Below, piece by piece: positions 43,313 through 54,724 of a stretch of 64,000 bases of DNA. The stretch comes from Octopus sinensis. Lineage: Eukaryota. The notes beneath the pieces were generated by a model. The model was not told the origin of the DNA, made no database searches, and worked only from the letters and a program-made list of their open reading frames with translations. Made by a program: the position numbers and the translations under genes. Location: contig NC_043001.1 in the NCBI RefSeq assembly GCF_006345805.1, positions 124,372,001 to 124,436,000 on the forward strand, read 5' to 3'. The stretch's first letter is position 1. Every line of letters begins with the position of its first letter.

Positions 43313-43342
43313 TATATTATATATATATATATATTTATTTAT

Positions 43343-43531
43343 TATAGAAGGAGCTTCTACAGGACTAGAACTGTTTCATTCAAATGAAATCATCCGCTTT
43401 CGAAATAGTTTTTGTGGTCTTTCAGGGTGAGGTGTGGGGACTTCACCCTCAGAGGTTCAGTTCGGTCATCAAGTTTAAGGATGATTTCATTTGAATGAAG
43501 CAGTTCTAGTCCTGTAGAAGCTCCTTCTATA
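43343..43531. repeat. 53-bp inverted repeat with 83-bp spacer
   Basis: Arms 43343-43395 and 43479-43531, about one mismatch. Follows (TA)n. Confidence 0.9.
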
Positions 43532-43606
43532 AAATTAATTAATTTACTCTGCTATGTATTGAGTACCTTATTTACTCGTGGTTAACCCCGACTCAACCCG
43601 GGACCT

Positions 43607-43652
<46 letters not shown>

Positions 43653-43762
43653 CATTATCATTAATCAAAAACTTAGGGTAACAAGAATATTTATCGAAAA
43701 ATTCTTAGTTACCAGTGTCTATAGCGAGTCAGACATCCTATTCTTCGGGTATCTCTTCTATG

Positions 43763-43802
<40 letters not shown>

Positions 43803-44010
43803 TTTGACTGCGACCATGCCGGGGAACTGCCTTTCGTCGAATAAATCCACCCCATGACTTATTCTTTGCAAGCCTAGAACTTATTCTATACTTGATATAA
43901 ACTTATTACTTTCTATATTATGTATGTCATTTCTCGGGACAAATTTTGAAATTAAATTACAGTAATGTATTAATCATACGATACTGCCAAAAAATACAAT
44001 ATATATATAT

Positions 44011-44520
44011 ACTAGCAGTATCGCCCGGCGTTGCTCGGGTTTGTAAGGGAAATAACTATATAAGCCTTTTTAGAGAGTTACTTCCCTTATAGATGCCAAT
44101 TCGGGCTTTCTTAGCCATTTCTGTTTTGGTGTCTTCAAGCCATGAAGTCGTTGTTCTAAAAGAACGCTGGTCTCCTTGACAACGCTTTACGACGTTGATT
44201 TCCTTACACTCCCTTCCCCACAGCTTCACGAGGGAGGGAAGAAGGGGGAGAAGAAACAGGTGCAGGTGTGACCGTGGACGCCAACTCCGCCCCATCGACA
44301 CACGAAAAATTATGCATTAAAATGGAATAAAAAATGATGTTAAATTATTTTTAAAATCGTAGACTCATCGTAGACGCGCGCTAATACACAGACGGGCTCG
44401 ATATGAATCACGACTATAAGATACCCGAATTTGGTTAAACTGCACCGCAAAATGTGGGAGTAGTTAGGAATCTAAATCGAAGGGGACAGACACTCACACA
44501 ACTACAGTTTTATATATATA
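44011..44520 (+). mobile_element. Non-autonomous Helentron/Helitron-like element inserted in (TA)n
   Basis: Same ~66-bp 5' end as the 41913 copy, different interior, acagacactcacaca..ttttatatata 3' end. Confidence 0.65.
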
Positions 44521-44530
44521 TATACGTGTA

Positions 44531-44745
44531 GGCGCAGGAGCGGCTGTGTGGTAAGAAGCTTATTTTCCAACCACATGGTTCCGGGTTCAGTCCCACTTGC
44601 GTGGCACTTTGGGCAAGTGTCTTCTACTATAGCCTCAGGCCGATCAAAAACTTGTGAGTGGATTTGGTAGATGGAAGCTGAAATAAGCCAATCGTATATA
44701 TATCTATATCTATCTATCTATCTATCATATATATATATATATATA

Positions 44746-44791
<46 letters not shown>

Positions 44792-44815
44792 TGTTAGTGT
44801 ATGCTTTTGCGTTGG

Positions 44816-44856
<41 letters not shown>

Positions 44857-45030
44857 TTTTGTATTTGTGTGACTGTGATCGCCCCCGTTACATCGCGGTT
44901 CGGCTAAAGATACCGATAGAATAAATACTAGGTTGACAAAGAATAAGTCCTGGGGTCGATTTGTTCGACTAAGTGCGGTGCTCCAGCATGGCCGCAGTCA
45001 GATGACTTAAACAAGTAACAGAATGATAGA
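44531..45030 (+). mobile_element. Bipartite SINE family C with ~175-bp internal microsatellite
   Basis: Head 44531-44695, spacer (TA/TATC/TG)n, tail 44870-45030. Confidence 0.85.
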
Positions 45031-45245
45031 AAACATATATATATATATATATGGTTGTTACAAATTGCTACATTACATATATACAGTGGGTGAAAATAAA
45101 TATTCGTCCACGTCAAAATTCTTTATTTAATTTCTAATGAACATAAATGGGATATACCAATACTATATTAGCATACATATGCATAAACTAATAAATTATA
45201 GTAACTAATGAATTTATATACAATTATAAATAGGGGTGAAAAAAG

Positions 45246-45283
<38 letters not shown>

Positions 45284-45464
45284 TCCTTCTTGAAACTACC
45301 TTAAACATGTTCTTGAGAATGATTATTTATTTTGCCCAATATTTTAAGGAACTTGTTAAACTTTTTTATGTCCTTAACATATCCTTGTTACCAAAGACTG
45401 TATATCTATATGTAATGTAGCAATTTGTAACAACCAATAATTAACGCAACCAAACTTCCACATG

Positions 45465-45509
45465 TTACTTTTGACAATCTTTTTCCAAAGAGTGAAACTG
45501 GTAAAGTAA
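45465..45509 (+). ncRNA. Hammerhead motif, U3:A8 variant
   Basis: ttactt-TTGACAA-tcttttt cc aaagagt-GAAA-C-TG-GTA-aagtaa. Perfect 6-bp helix I; first helix II pair is a mismatch. Confidence 0.55.
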
Positions 45510-46080
45510 ATAAACATCTTTTAAAATTGCATTTTCAAACCTTCTTTCGTATATAATTCCACTCATGTGGTACCCTACAACTCCACTTTGTTATATATAT
45601 ATATATATAATATTCATCATTGAATTATACTTTACTTTATCCTCAGAATTTATAGGTATATATGTATCTAAACAAGTATATATGCGTAGGAAATTTGCTT
45701 CCGCACCATATCGTTGTGAGTTCAGTTCCACTCTGTGATACCTTGGCCAATTGTCTTCCAATGTGCCTTCGGCTAGATCAAAATCGTGTCTATATATTTA
45801 GAACACTTGTATGTATGTATGTGCGTGTGAGTGTGTGTGCGTGTGTGTGTGCTTGTGTTCCACCACAACCGCCACCACCAGTTGATAACAAAGGCTGGCT
45901 TGTTTACGCCCACATAACTTAGTGGTTCGCTGAAACAGACCGTCAGAATGAGAACCAGCCTTTAAAAACTCGTTCGACTAAAATATGCTTCATGGCAATG
46001 CTCCAGCAGAGCTGGAGTCTAACAACTGGAACCAGTGTGAAGTTAAAGACTCATATATATGATGAAATATACCTAACATC

Positions 46081-46455
46081 GTGGAGGCGCAATGGCCCAG
46101 TGGTTAGGGCAGCGGACTCGCGATCATGGAATCGCGATTTCGATTCCCAGACCGGGCGTTGTGAGTGTTTATTGGGCGAAAACACCTAAAGCTCCACGAG
46201 GCCCCGGCAGGGATGGTGGTGATCCCTGCTGTACTCTTTCACCACGACTTTCTCTCTTCCTGTTTCTGTTGTACCTGTATTTCAAGGGGCCGGCCTTGTC
46301 ACTCTCTGTATCACGCTGAATATCCCCGAGAACTACGTTAAGGGTACACGTGTCTGTGGAGTGCTCAGCCACTTACACGTTAAGTTCACGAGCAGGCTGT
46401 TCCGTTGATTCGGATCAACCGGAACCCTCGTCGTCGTAACCGACGGAGTGCTTCC
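46081..46455 (+). mobile_element. Full-length tRNA-derived SINE, family R, tail type A
   Basis: 12-bp TSD atacctaacatc at 46069-46080 and 46456-46467. Confidence 0.92.
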
Positions 46456-46866
46456 ATACCTAACATCAGTAGTTAACGGATTCAGAATTTTTATTCGTTT
46501 TCCCGTTATTAAACTGATTTTTAATGTTACTATTATTGCAACAGATTTTAAATTTTTTTGTGTATACGTAGGAACGCTTATCTAAACTTACACCGTTGCA
46601 GATGTCAAGTGTATTCAAAATTGTTGATACCTCGCGGTAAACTGTTGTACAGCCTTAGTAATCGTTTATTTGCAACTACTTTCTTGTAAATATGATGTAA
46701 CATTCCCACTTAGTCTTAATGGATTACATACACACACACACACACATAGAGAGACCTACGACTTACACACGCATAAATACGTATGCACGGATGCATTCAT
46801 ATATGAGATATCCATACATACATATATACCTACATATACATACACAAACAACATAAATATGTGTGC

Positions 46867-46910
<44 letters not shown>

Positions 46911-47059
46911 TACACACACACACACACACGCATATCCATATTCACATATACGTACATACTTACATACATACCTACACATATCTCTTTTGAACATATAGAG
47001 TGAATAAGTGAAACTAGACAGGATTAAATTTGAATAACACTACTTCCTTCATGGTTGTA

Positions 47060-47470
47060 GGCGAAGGAGTAGCTGTGTGGTAAGTAGCTTGCTAACCAAC
47101 CACATGGTTCCGGGTTCAGTCCCACTGAGTGGCATCTTGGGCAAGTGTCTTCTGCTATAGCCTCGGGCCGACCAATGCCTTGTGAGTGGATTTGGTAGAC
47201 GGAAACTGAAAGAAGCCTGTCGTATATATGTCTATATATATGTATGTGTGTGTATATGTTTGTGTGTCTGTGTTTGTACCCCTCAGCATTGCTTGACAAC
47301 CGATGCTGGTGTGCTTACGTCCCCGTCACTTAGCGGTTCGGCAAAAGAGACCGATAGAATAAGTACTGGACTTAGAAAGAATAAGTCCCGGAGTCGATTT
47401 GCTCGACTAAAGGCGGTGCTCCAGCATGGCCGCAGTCAAATGACTGAAACAAGTAAAAGAGTAAAAGAGC
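47060..47470 (+). mobile_element. Bipartite SINE family C, near full length
   Basis: tRNA-like head, ttgggcaagtgtc CORE-like block, ~50-bp (TA/TG) spacer, tail ending tgactgaaacaagtaaaagagtaaaag. Confidence 0.9.
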
Positions 47471-47918
47471 AAAGAGAGCAATTGACTAAAAATAAATTGA
47501 TACTGCCGATGACGTAAATAATTATTATACCAATAAATATCAAACTCATTATTATAAACACTATATTCATACGGATCATTATGGCACACAAAATTTCAAT
47601 TCCTTTATCGTGGCTTACTCAATAATGCAACAAATGCTCTGGAATATTTTCTTCTTAGAGGTATAATTACTAAACGAAGGAATGATATTGCTATTAATTG
47701 TTTCAGTCATTTGACTGCTCATGTGCTAAGACACCGCCCTTAAGGAGTTAATTCTTTCAGGAATCGACACCAATACTTACTATTTTATAGCCTAGTACTT
47801 AGTCTATTTCTTTGTTTTTGCTGAATTGCTAAGTTACGTAAACAAAGATCGTCGGTTGTCACTGGTGTCAACAAAAACAAGCATATAAAAACAAATGTAT
47901 ATATATATATATATAAAT

Positions 47919-48175
47919 ATAAGTTCAGCAAAAATTTAGATTCAAATGAATATGGTACTTAATTTAGATGCACCAGAATTCTGTATGGTGTTAACCATAA
48001 AAATCCGTGGGGTGATTATAATCAAAATAAGCAACAAGAATGACTCCGGTAAGTTGGTACGATCGTTTCGTACTACATCATTTTATTAAATGTTGTAATA
48101 CTTACAACATTGATAAAATGTGTAGTACGAAACGATCGTACCAAATTACCGTAGTCATTCTTGTTGCTTATTTGA
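47919..48175. mobile_element. Penelope pseudo-LTR fragment folded back into a ~150-bp hairpin, between (TA)n arrays
   Basis: 47919-48098 matches 55886-56065. 48022-48175 is a near-perfect palindrome with loop tac at 48099-48101. Confidence 0.85.
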
Positions 48176-48177
48176 GT

Positions 48178-48233
<56 letters not shown>

Positions 48234-48630
48234 TATATATATAATATATCTATATATATATAAACATGCTATATGGATATCATAAACCATCAGTAGACAT
48301 ACTTAGTATGTCCTTTGCTTAATTTTAAGCCTACAGGTTTTTGGGGCCGATTCAAGGATAACGGAATTTTATTTTAATCTGTTAGCTTGCTTTCCTCATT
48401 TCAACATGCTGTGTATTTATAGTGAAAGATGTTGTATGTGGTTAGTCTATTTTTCAGCATATTAACATCGAAAGTGTTTCTTTCGCCTTTATTTATAATT
48501 GTTTATAATTTTCACATTCGAAGATATTTTGATATATTGGCCACTGATAATTTTTTTTTAAAACATATTTTGTATATTAGAATATATATTATATATATAT
48601 ATATATATTATATATATATATATATATATT

Positions 48631-49415
48631 TGCACTCCTCAAACCCCCACCATTACTTCCTTCCCAAAATCCACAAACCCAACAACCCTGGCCGTCCCAT
48701 CGTCTCCGCTCGTAACAGCCGCACGGCACTCATCTCTAAATATCTCCTTCCCTCCCTTCACAGATCCACGACACTGACCATGCTCTTCATCTCTTCAGCT
48801 CGTTCTCCTTCCCTCCTGGCCCCACGAAACTTCTCTTTATTCCTGATATCTAGAGTGTAAATACGGTGATCCCACACCACGAAGGACTTCTTGCCCTCAA
48901 ATACTACCTAGCCTCGACCGTTCACACTTCTTCGTCTGGCCGAACATGTTCTCTCCCTCAACTGCTTCTCGTTCACGGGGAAGTTTTACCAATAAGTCTC
49001 GGGATGGTCATAGGAATGAGAATGGACCCCAAATATGCGAACCTGTTCGTTGGTTACGTTGAGGCCCAAATAATTTTAAGATACACTGGTCCCACTCCCG
49101 AAATCTACGGTCGTTATATTGGTGACTGTATCGGAGAAATCTAGCTCTCCCGCGAACAACTAGACTCCTTCCTCTCTTTTGTCCAATCTTTCCATCCTGA
49201 CCTCTAATTCTCCTGCATTTCTGTTGCCTTTCTCGACATTTCGGTCAACATAGATCACTCCACTCTCATCACCTCCAGCCACTACAAACACACTGACTCA
49301 CGCTCACCTCAACTTCTCCTCCCACCCAACCCACACCAAGGTCTCCAGCTCCTAGTCCAAATTCCACCGTCTACGCAGGCTCTGTAGTGACAACCATGAC
49401 GTTGAGACTCATACA
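48631..49415 (+). mobile_element. Decayed Penelope-like reverse transcriptase fragment
   Basis: YFLPKIHKPNNPGRPIVS; IPHHEGLLAL; GMVIGMRMDPKYANLFVGYVE; YGRYIGDCIG; VAFLDISV. Confidence 0.85.
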
Positions 49416-49427
49416 AAGCTTTACACT

Positions 49428-49474
49428 TTACTTTTGACAATCTTTTTCTAAAAAAGGGGAAACCGGTCAAGTGA
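49428..49474 (+). ncRNA. Hammerhead motif, U3:A8 variant, GUC site
   Basis: ttactt-TTGACAA-tcttttt ctaa aaaaggg-GAAA-C-CG-GTC-aagtga. Same family as 45465. Confidence 0.6.
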
Positions 49475-49635
49475 ACATCTTTAAAATTGCATTTTCAAAC
49501 CTTCTTTCATTTATATATATATATATATAAATGAAAGAAGGTTTGAAAATGTAATTTTAAAGATGTTCACTATATATATATATAAATGAAAGAAGGTTTG
49601 AAAATGCAATTTTAAAGATGTTCACTTGACCGGTT
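49461..49635. repeat. (TA)n-centred palindrome with duplicated right arm
   Basis: Arm 49461-49512, (AT)n, partial reverse complement, (AT)n, full reverse complement ending ttgaccggtt. Confidence 0.9.
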
Positions 49636-49637
49636 AT

Positions 49638-49723
<86 letters not shown>

Positions 49724-49729
49724 GAGATA

Positions 49730-50560
49730 TGGGGAGAATTCAGAAAAAAAAACAAAAGACGAAGACAGGTGGTGTAGACAACAAAAAGATGTATTAATGT
49801 AACGCTCGGGAAGTGAAAGTCTTTAATATTTCGAGCCTATGGTCTCCCACATAAAGAAACAAGGAGAGAAAAATGTGCCGTGGCTAGCGATCTATCATGG
49901 CGAATGCCGAACAGAGGTGTCACATAGGAGAGCTAGGAAGAAGGGGAGAAAATAAAGTAGAGGTGATCCCAAAACGAAAGTGCGCGTGCGTGTGCATTAG
50001 AGAGTATGTATGTGCGTGAGGGAAAGGGCTGGTGAGCTTGAGGTGTGCGTGTGTGTATGTGTAGGTGTGTGGTTGTGAGGCTGAGAAGTGGTCAGTGCTA
50101 GTGTGTGCGTGGCGGTGTGATGTGATGTGGTGTTGTGTGGTATGGTAGTGCGTGGTGTAGTGGTGTGTGGTATGGTGTGATGGTGTTGTGAGCTAGGGGA
50201 GGCTAGAGTGGGGAAAGCATGGGTGGGGTGTGGGTTAGGCTGAGGGTGGGGGTAGAGGTGGGGTATGTGGGTAAGCAGAGGATGGGATAGCGGTGGGGTA
50301 TGTAGGGGTGGGTGTAAGGGATGGGGAGGGATGGGATGGATTGCGAAGTTGGGGTTGGATTGTGTAGGGGAGTTACGAAGGAGGGGTGACGATGAAGCGG
50401 GAAGGGAGAAGTGGGTAGGAGTGAAGAGAAGAGAGGAGAGTAGGAGTAAAGAGAAGTAGGAGTCGGAGCAAGAGAGGAGAGGTGAGTGGGAAGAAGTAGA
50501 TGTGAGGGGGAGAGAGGAGTGGGAGGTTAGATGTGTGGCGCAAAGGAGCGAAGAGAGAAG
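49730..50560 (-). mobile_element. G-rich Penelope-type 3' region/pseudo-LTR
   Basis: Related to 33270-33530. Minus strand ggctcGAAATATTA at ~49825-49840 looks like a decayed hammerhead 3' half. Confidence 0.5.
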
Positions 50561-50704
50561 ATTAATCCCTGTTCACGGCGAAAACGGGAGTCCGGATAGC
50601 CCCTATGCATGGACAATCCGAACACAGACTAGTGTTGCAAAGAGTAACCGGTAGAGCTGAAATGGCGCAGGACCGGGGTGTCATTGCCGAGTCATGTGAC
50701 ATTA

Positions 50705-50769
<65 letters not shown>

Positions 50770-50819
50770 TATATATATGTATGTATATATAAATATATAT
50801 ATTTATATTTACATATATA

Positions 50820-51300
50820 TTAAATTTACATCTAATGTAGGATACAATTTTTTCGAAAACAAATTTTATCAATGGCCAGCATATTAAAAAATTACCTTTA
50901 AAGGTTAAATTTATAAACAACTTATAAATAAGCCCAAACGAAAAAAATTTCTAATGCCAAATTTGCCGAAACTAGACACATTGTCCATAACCATATAATT
51001 TATCACAATAAGCACGCTACTCGAAAAACGTCAACAGAAATTTCTAAAAAATTCCGTTATTACCATATCGGACCGATTTCATGGTTAGTTCATAAGAACC
51101 CTCCCTTCGTCAGTGATAAATGCGGCAAAGAAAATAAATGAAATTCTTACTCATACCCATGGAAGAAGCAAGCACTAAGTGATGAGCACAATTAAGTACC
51201 CCAAATATATTCAAAATAGAAATTCTCCAGCCCATTCGAGACACGTGCGATTCGAACTGAAACTCTCACAGAATGAGAGTCCGGAAGTGAACACTATTAA
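50820..51300 (-). mobile_element. Second, diverged copy of the 36478-36840 hammerhead element
   Basis: Collinear reverse-complement similarity. (TA)n at both ends. Confidence 0.7.
51061..51118 (-). ncRNA. Type-I hammerhead ribozyme
   Basis: Minus strand tatca-CTGACGA-agggag ggttc ttat gaact aaccat-GAAA-tcg gtc cga-TA-tggta. Confidence 0.7.
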
Positions 51301-51316
51301 ATTGTATATGTATATA

Positions 51317-51363
<47 letters not shown>

Positions 51364-52091
51364 ATATATATATTAAGTTGTGTACATATATATTTATATA
51401 GATGATATATATATATGATATGTGTGTGCCCATGTGTGTGTATCTGTGTGTATTTATATACATAATTATGCACTCGTGCAAACACACACACATACACACA
51501 GGACAGGCTTCTTCCATTTTCTGTCTAACAAATCCTCTCGCAAGACTTTTGTCGACCCGATTCTATGTTAGAAGACATTTGCCCAAAGTACTACGCAGTG
51601 AGACTGAAACCGGAACGTTGTTAGGAAGGGAACTTCATATCTCACAGCTACGTCTTATCTTAAATGTTCAACTTATCCCTCAGTTTAAGAAATATAACCT
51701 TTCTTCCTTCTAGCTTCAAATAAATTTCACCCAATATCTCAAACTTCATTCTCTTCGCAAATCACACACTCTGTCATGAAAAGCAAGTGTCCATATATGG
51801 TGAAAAGAACGTTAATGTTTCTTAGACAATGTGACGAGATACATGCAAATAATCACAGAAGAATATATGATTATGTGTCCATGCGTAGTCAGGTACATGT
51901 TTATAGAAGTAGATAAAACTATAAATGTTCATTGTTATATAAATTTTCGTTAAGTATTGAAGCACAGAATATTAATATATCCGTCTATATAAGTATACAT
52001 GGTCGTCTGCCTATGAAGACACATGCACACACACACACACGCACACAAACGCACACACGCACACACGCACACACAAGCATATATATCCACT

Positions 52092-52465
52092 GCGTAGCAA
52101 ATTGGGCAAGTGTCTTCTACTATAGCCTCCGTCGACCAAAAATTTATGAGTGGATTTGGTAGAGGGAAACTGAAAGAAGCCTGCGCATGTATATATGTGT
52201 GTGTGTGTGTGTATGTGTGTGAGTATGTGTGTATGTATGTATGTATTATGTATGTATGTATATGTTTGTGTGTCTGTATTTGTCCGCCCACCATCGGTTG
52301 ACAACCAATGCTGGTGTGTTTGCGTCCCCGTAACTTAGCGGTTCGGCAAGAGAGACCGATAGAATAAATAATAAGCTTACAAAGAATAAGTCCTGGGGTC
52401 GATCTGTTCGACTAAAGGTGGGGCCTCAGCATGGTCACAGTGAAATGAGTGAAGCAAATAATTGA
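52092..52465 (+). mobile_element. Bipartite SINE family C, 5'-truncated
   Basis: ttgggcaagtgtcttctactatagcc, ~95-bp (TG/TATG) spacer, conserved tail. Confidence 0.85.
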
Positions 52466-52599
52466 ATAATAGAATAATATAGAATATTCGGAATATATAT
52501 ATGCACACACACATCCTATTCCTATCACATGCAAATCAAATAAATAGACAAGGACAAATATTTTAAACATAACAACTAATTTAAATCTATAGTTAATGC

Positions 52600-53290
52600 A
52601 TAATCTATGGAGTTAGGCCCAACCAATAACCAGTCTCTAATAGAAGAGAGCGCCGCCGGTATATATCAATCAAATGAACGAATCGTATTATATTTGAAAG
52701 TCGGCAGGAATGTTGGTGTAATAAACGAAAGAATATGCCTCTACTACGCAAGGGCCTGGGGAAAAATTCGAAAGCAGATGAAATGTATTGAAAATGAAAT
52801 GTTAACAGTCTACAAATTTATATAAAGACGTTTATAAACAAGAATAAGTTTTAGGAAACCGAGAACAAAACAAACCGTCTAACGAATATAAAAATGGTGG
52901 ACGATAAATATTTATGAAAGAAAATATTCTTTGATCTTTAGATAACAGAATATTTTGTTTGGAGATGCATACAGATATATATAAAAGAAACGGGATTAGA
53001 AAACTGTTTATTACAAATACAATGGAAAAAGTATAAGCTGATGATGTAAGAGGAATTCGTAAATATCAAGAAGGAAATTGGTGGTTGGATGGACGGTAAT
53101 ACTTGCATCAGGTATAAGTGAAATTAAGTTCGAAAAATAAAAGGTACCAATTTAGAGGTAATCATAGACAAAAGGTATCAGAGATCCAACACAAGCTAAA
53201 CGAACGTTATTTGGAAATTTATTTTAGAAAGGATAAAAAGTTTTGATGTTTGGAAGATAAATGCGAATATACATAAGAGAAAACTAGGAT
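52600..53290 (+). mobile_element. Highly decayed LINE RT (CR1/L2-like)
   Basis: CLYYARAWGKI (resembles LDFxKAFDKV), V*ADDV at ~53030, NLEVIID (resembles DLGVIID). Confidence 0.4.
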
Positions 53291-53427
53291 AATTGGTTGT
53301 AACAAGTACAGACAGTCACATAAACACCCACAGAAACACGTGTATATATATATACACACGCAGCACGCATGCACACACACACAGACACATACTCACACAC
53401 ACGCGCACACGCACGCACATATATGTA

Positions 53428-54720
53428 TATCAGGTCATTAAGAATGAAATGTCCACCTTTGAACTGAAAGTTTATTTTACTTTATCTCAACAAAAGCAAT
53501 GCAGTTTATGCACCAAAATTATCAACACAACTTTGCCATTTTATCGGTCGCCTGTTTATGCCGGCAGTAAAGAATTCTGGAGAGCAAGAGGTGATGAAAT
53601 TATGAAAGGATGTTTTTGTATCTTCTTCAGGTTTGAAGACTTTTCCTTGCAAAAAGTTGTCTAATCCTCAGTAAACGTGATAGACTGCTGGTGCAAGGTC
53701 TGGTGAATATGGTGGATGACAGAGTAATTCCAAGTTCAGTTCCTGTAACATGAATAGCTTTCTTTGTGCAACATATGGTCGGGCATTGTCCTGCAAGAGA
53801 ACTAGCCTGTCTCTATTGACCAATCTCGGTTGATTAATTGTAAGTTCACTCATCATTTCGTCCAACTGGCTGATGTATACATCCGCTGTAATTACCTTAC
53901 CAAGTCTCATTAAGCTGTAGCGAATGATACCAGCGCTGAACCTATTTCCTTACTGCCCACAAGGGGCTAAACACAGAGAGGACAAACAAGGACAGACAAA
54001 GGGGTTAATTCGATTACATCGATCCCAGTGCGTCACTGGTACTTAATTTATCGACCCAGAAAGGATGAAAGGCAAAGTCGACCTCGGCGGAATTTGAACT
54101 CGGAACGTAACGGCAGTTGAAATACGGCTATGCATTTCGCCCGGCGTGCTAACGTTTCTGCCAAACAGATACCATTATCTTTTTTTGGTAACTGTTCTTT
54201 TGGGGATTGTGTTTTGGCACTTTGTCTCTATCCAGCCATCTTGCAGAACGCTTGCTATTGTTGAAAAGAATCCATTTTTCATCACACCTAACAATAGGAT
54301 GCAAAAATGGTTCGCGTTTTTGCCATGACAGCAAATAATAGCAAGTTTCAAGACGACGTGTCACTTGATGTTCGTTCAGTTCGTATGGTACCCACTTGTC
54401 CAGCTTTTTCAGCTTGTTGATCTGTTTCAGATGGTCCAGTACAGTTGGAATCGAAACATCAAATCTTGCTGCTAAGTCACGCGCAGTTTCAGATGTATCT
54501 GCTTTCTCTACAGCTTCCAGCTCATCATTATCCACATTGGTCTCAGGTCTACCACGGGGCTGATGTTCAAGAGTAAAGTCACTAGACCGGAACTTCTCAA
54601 ACTATCGACACACAGTGTGCTCATTCACCACGTCTTTACCAAACACCTCATAGATGTTTCAAGCTGTCTGGGATGCATTGGTTCCATGATGGAAATCGTA
54701 TCCATAAACAACACTAATTT
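53428..54720 (-). mobile_element. Decayed mariner (DD34D) transposon split by a SINE
   Basis: RGRP..DNDEL..ARDLAARF..WVPYEL..CDEKWI | SINE | LLQDNARPY..HPPYSPDLAP. TIR-like tatcaggtcattaag at 53428. Confidence 0.9.
53938..54167 (-). mobile_element. Third SINE family (gagttcaaattccgccgaggtcgactttgcctttcatcc type)
   Basis: Interrupts the transposase after VSVW. Fragments also at ~12560-12720, 17440-17690, 18355-18600, 27470-27560 and 34925-35100. Confidence 0.8.
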
Positions 54721-54724
54721 TTTA

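Noticed and set aside
45084-45250. Tc1-like TIR start (cagtgggtgaaaa)
   Set aside because: No matching inverted end or transposase found nearby.
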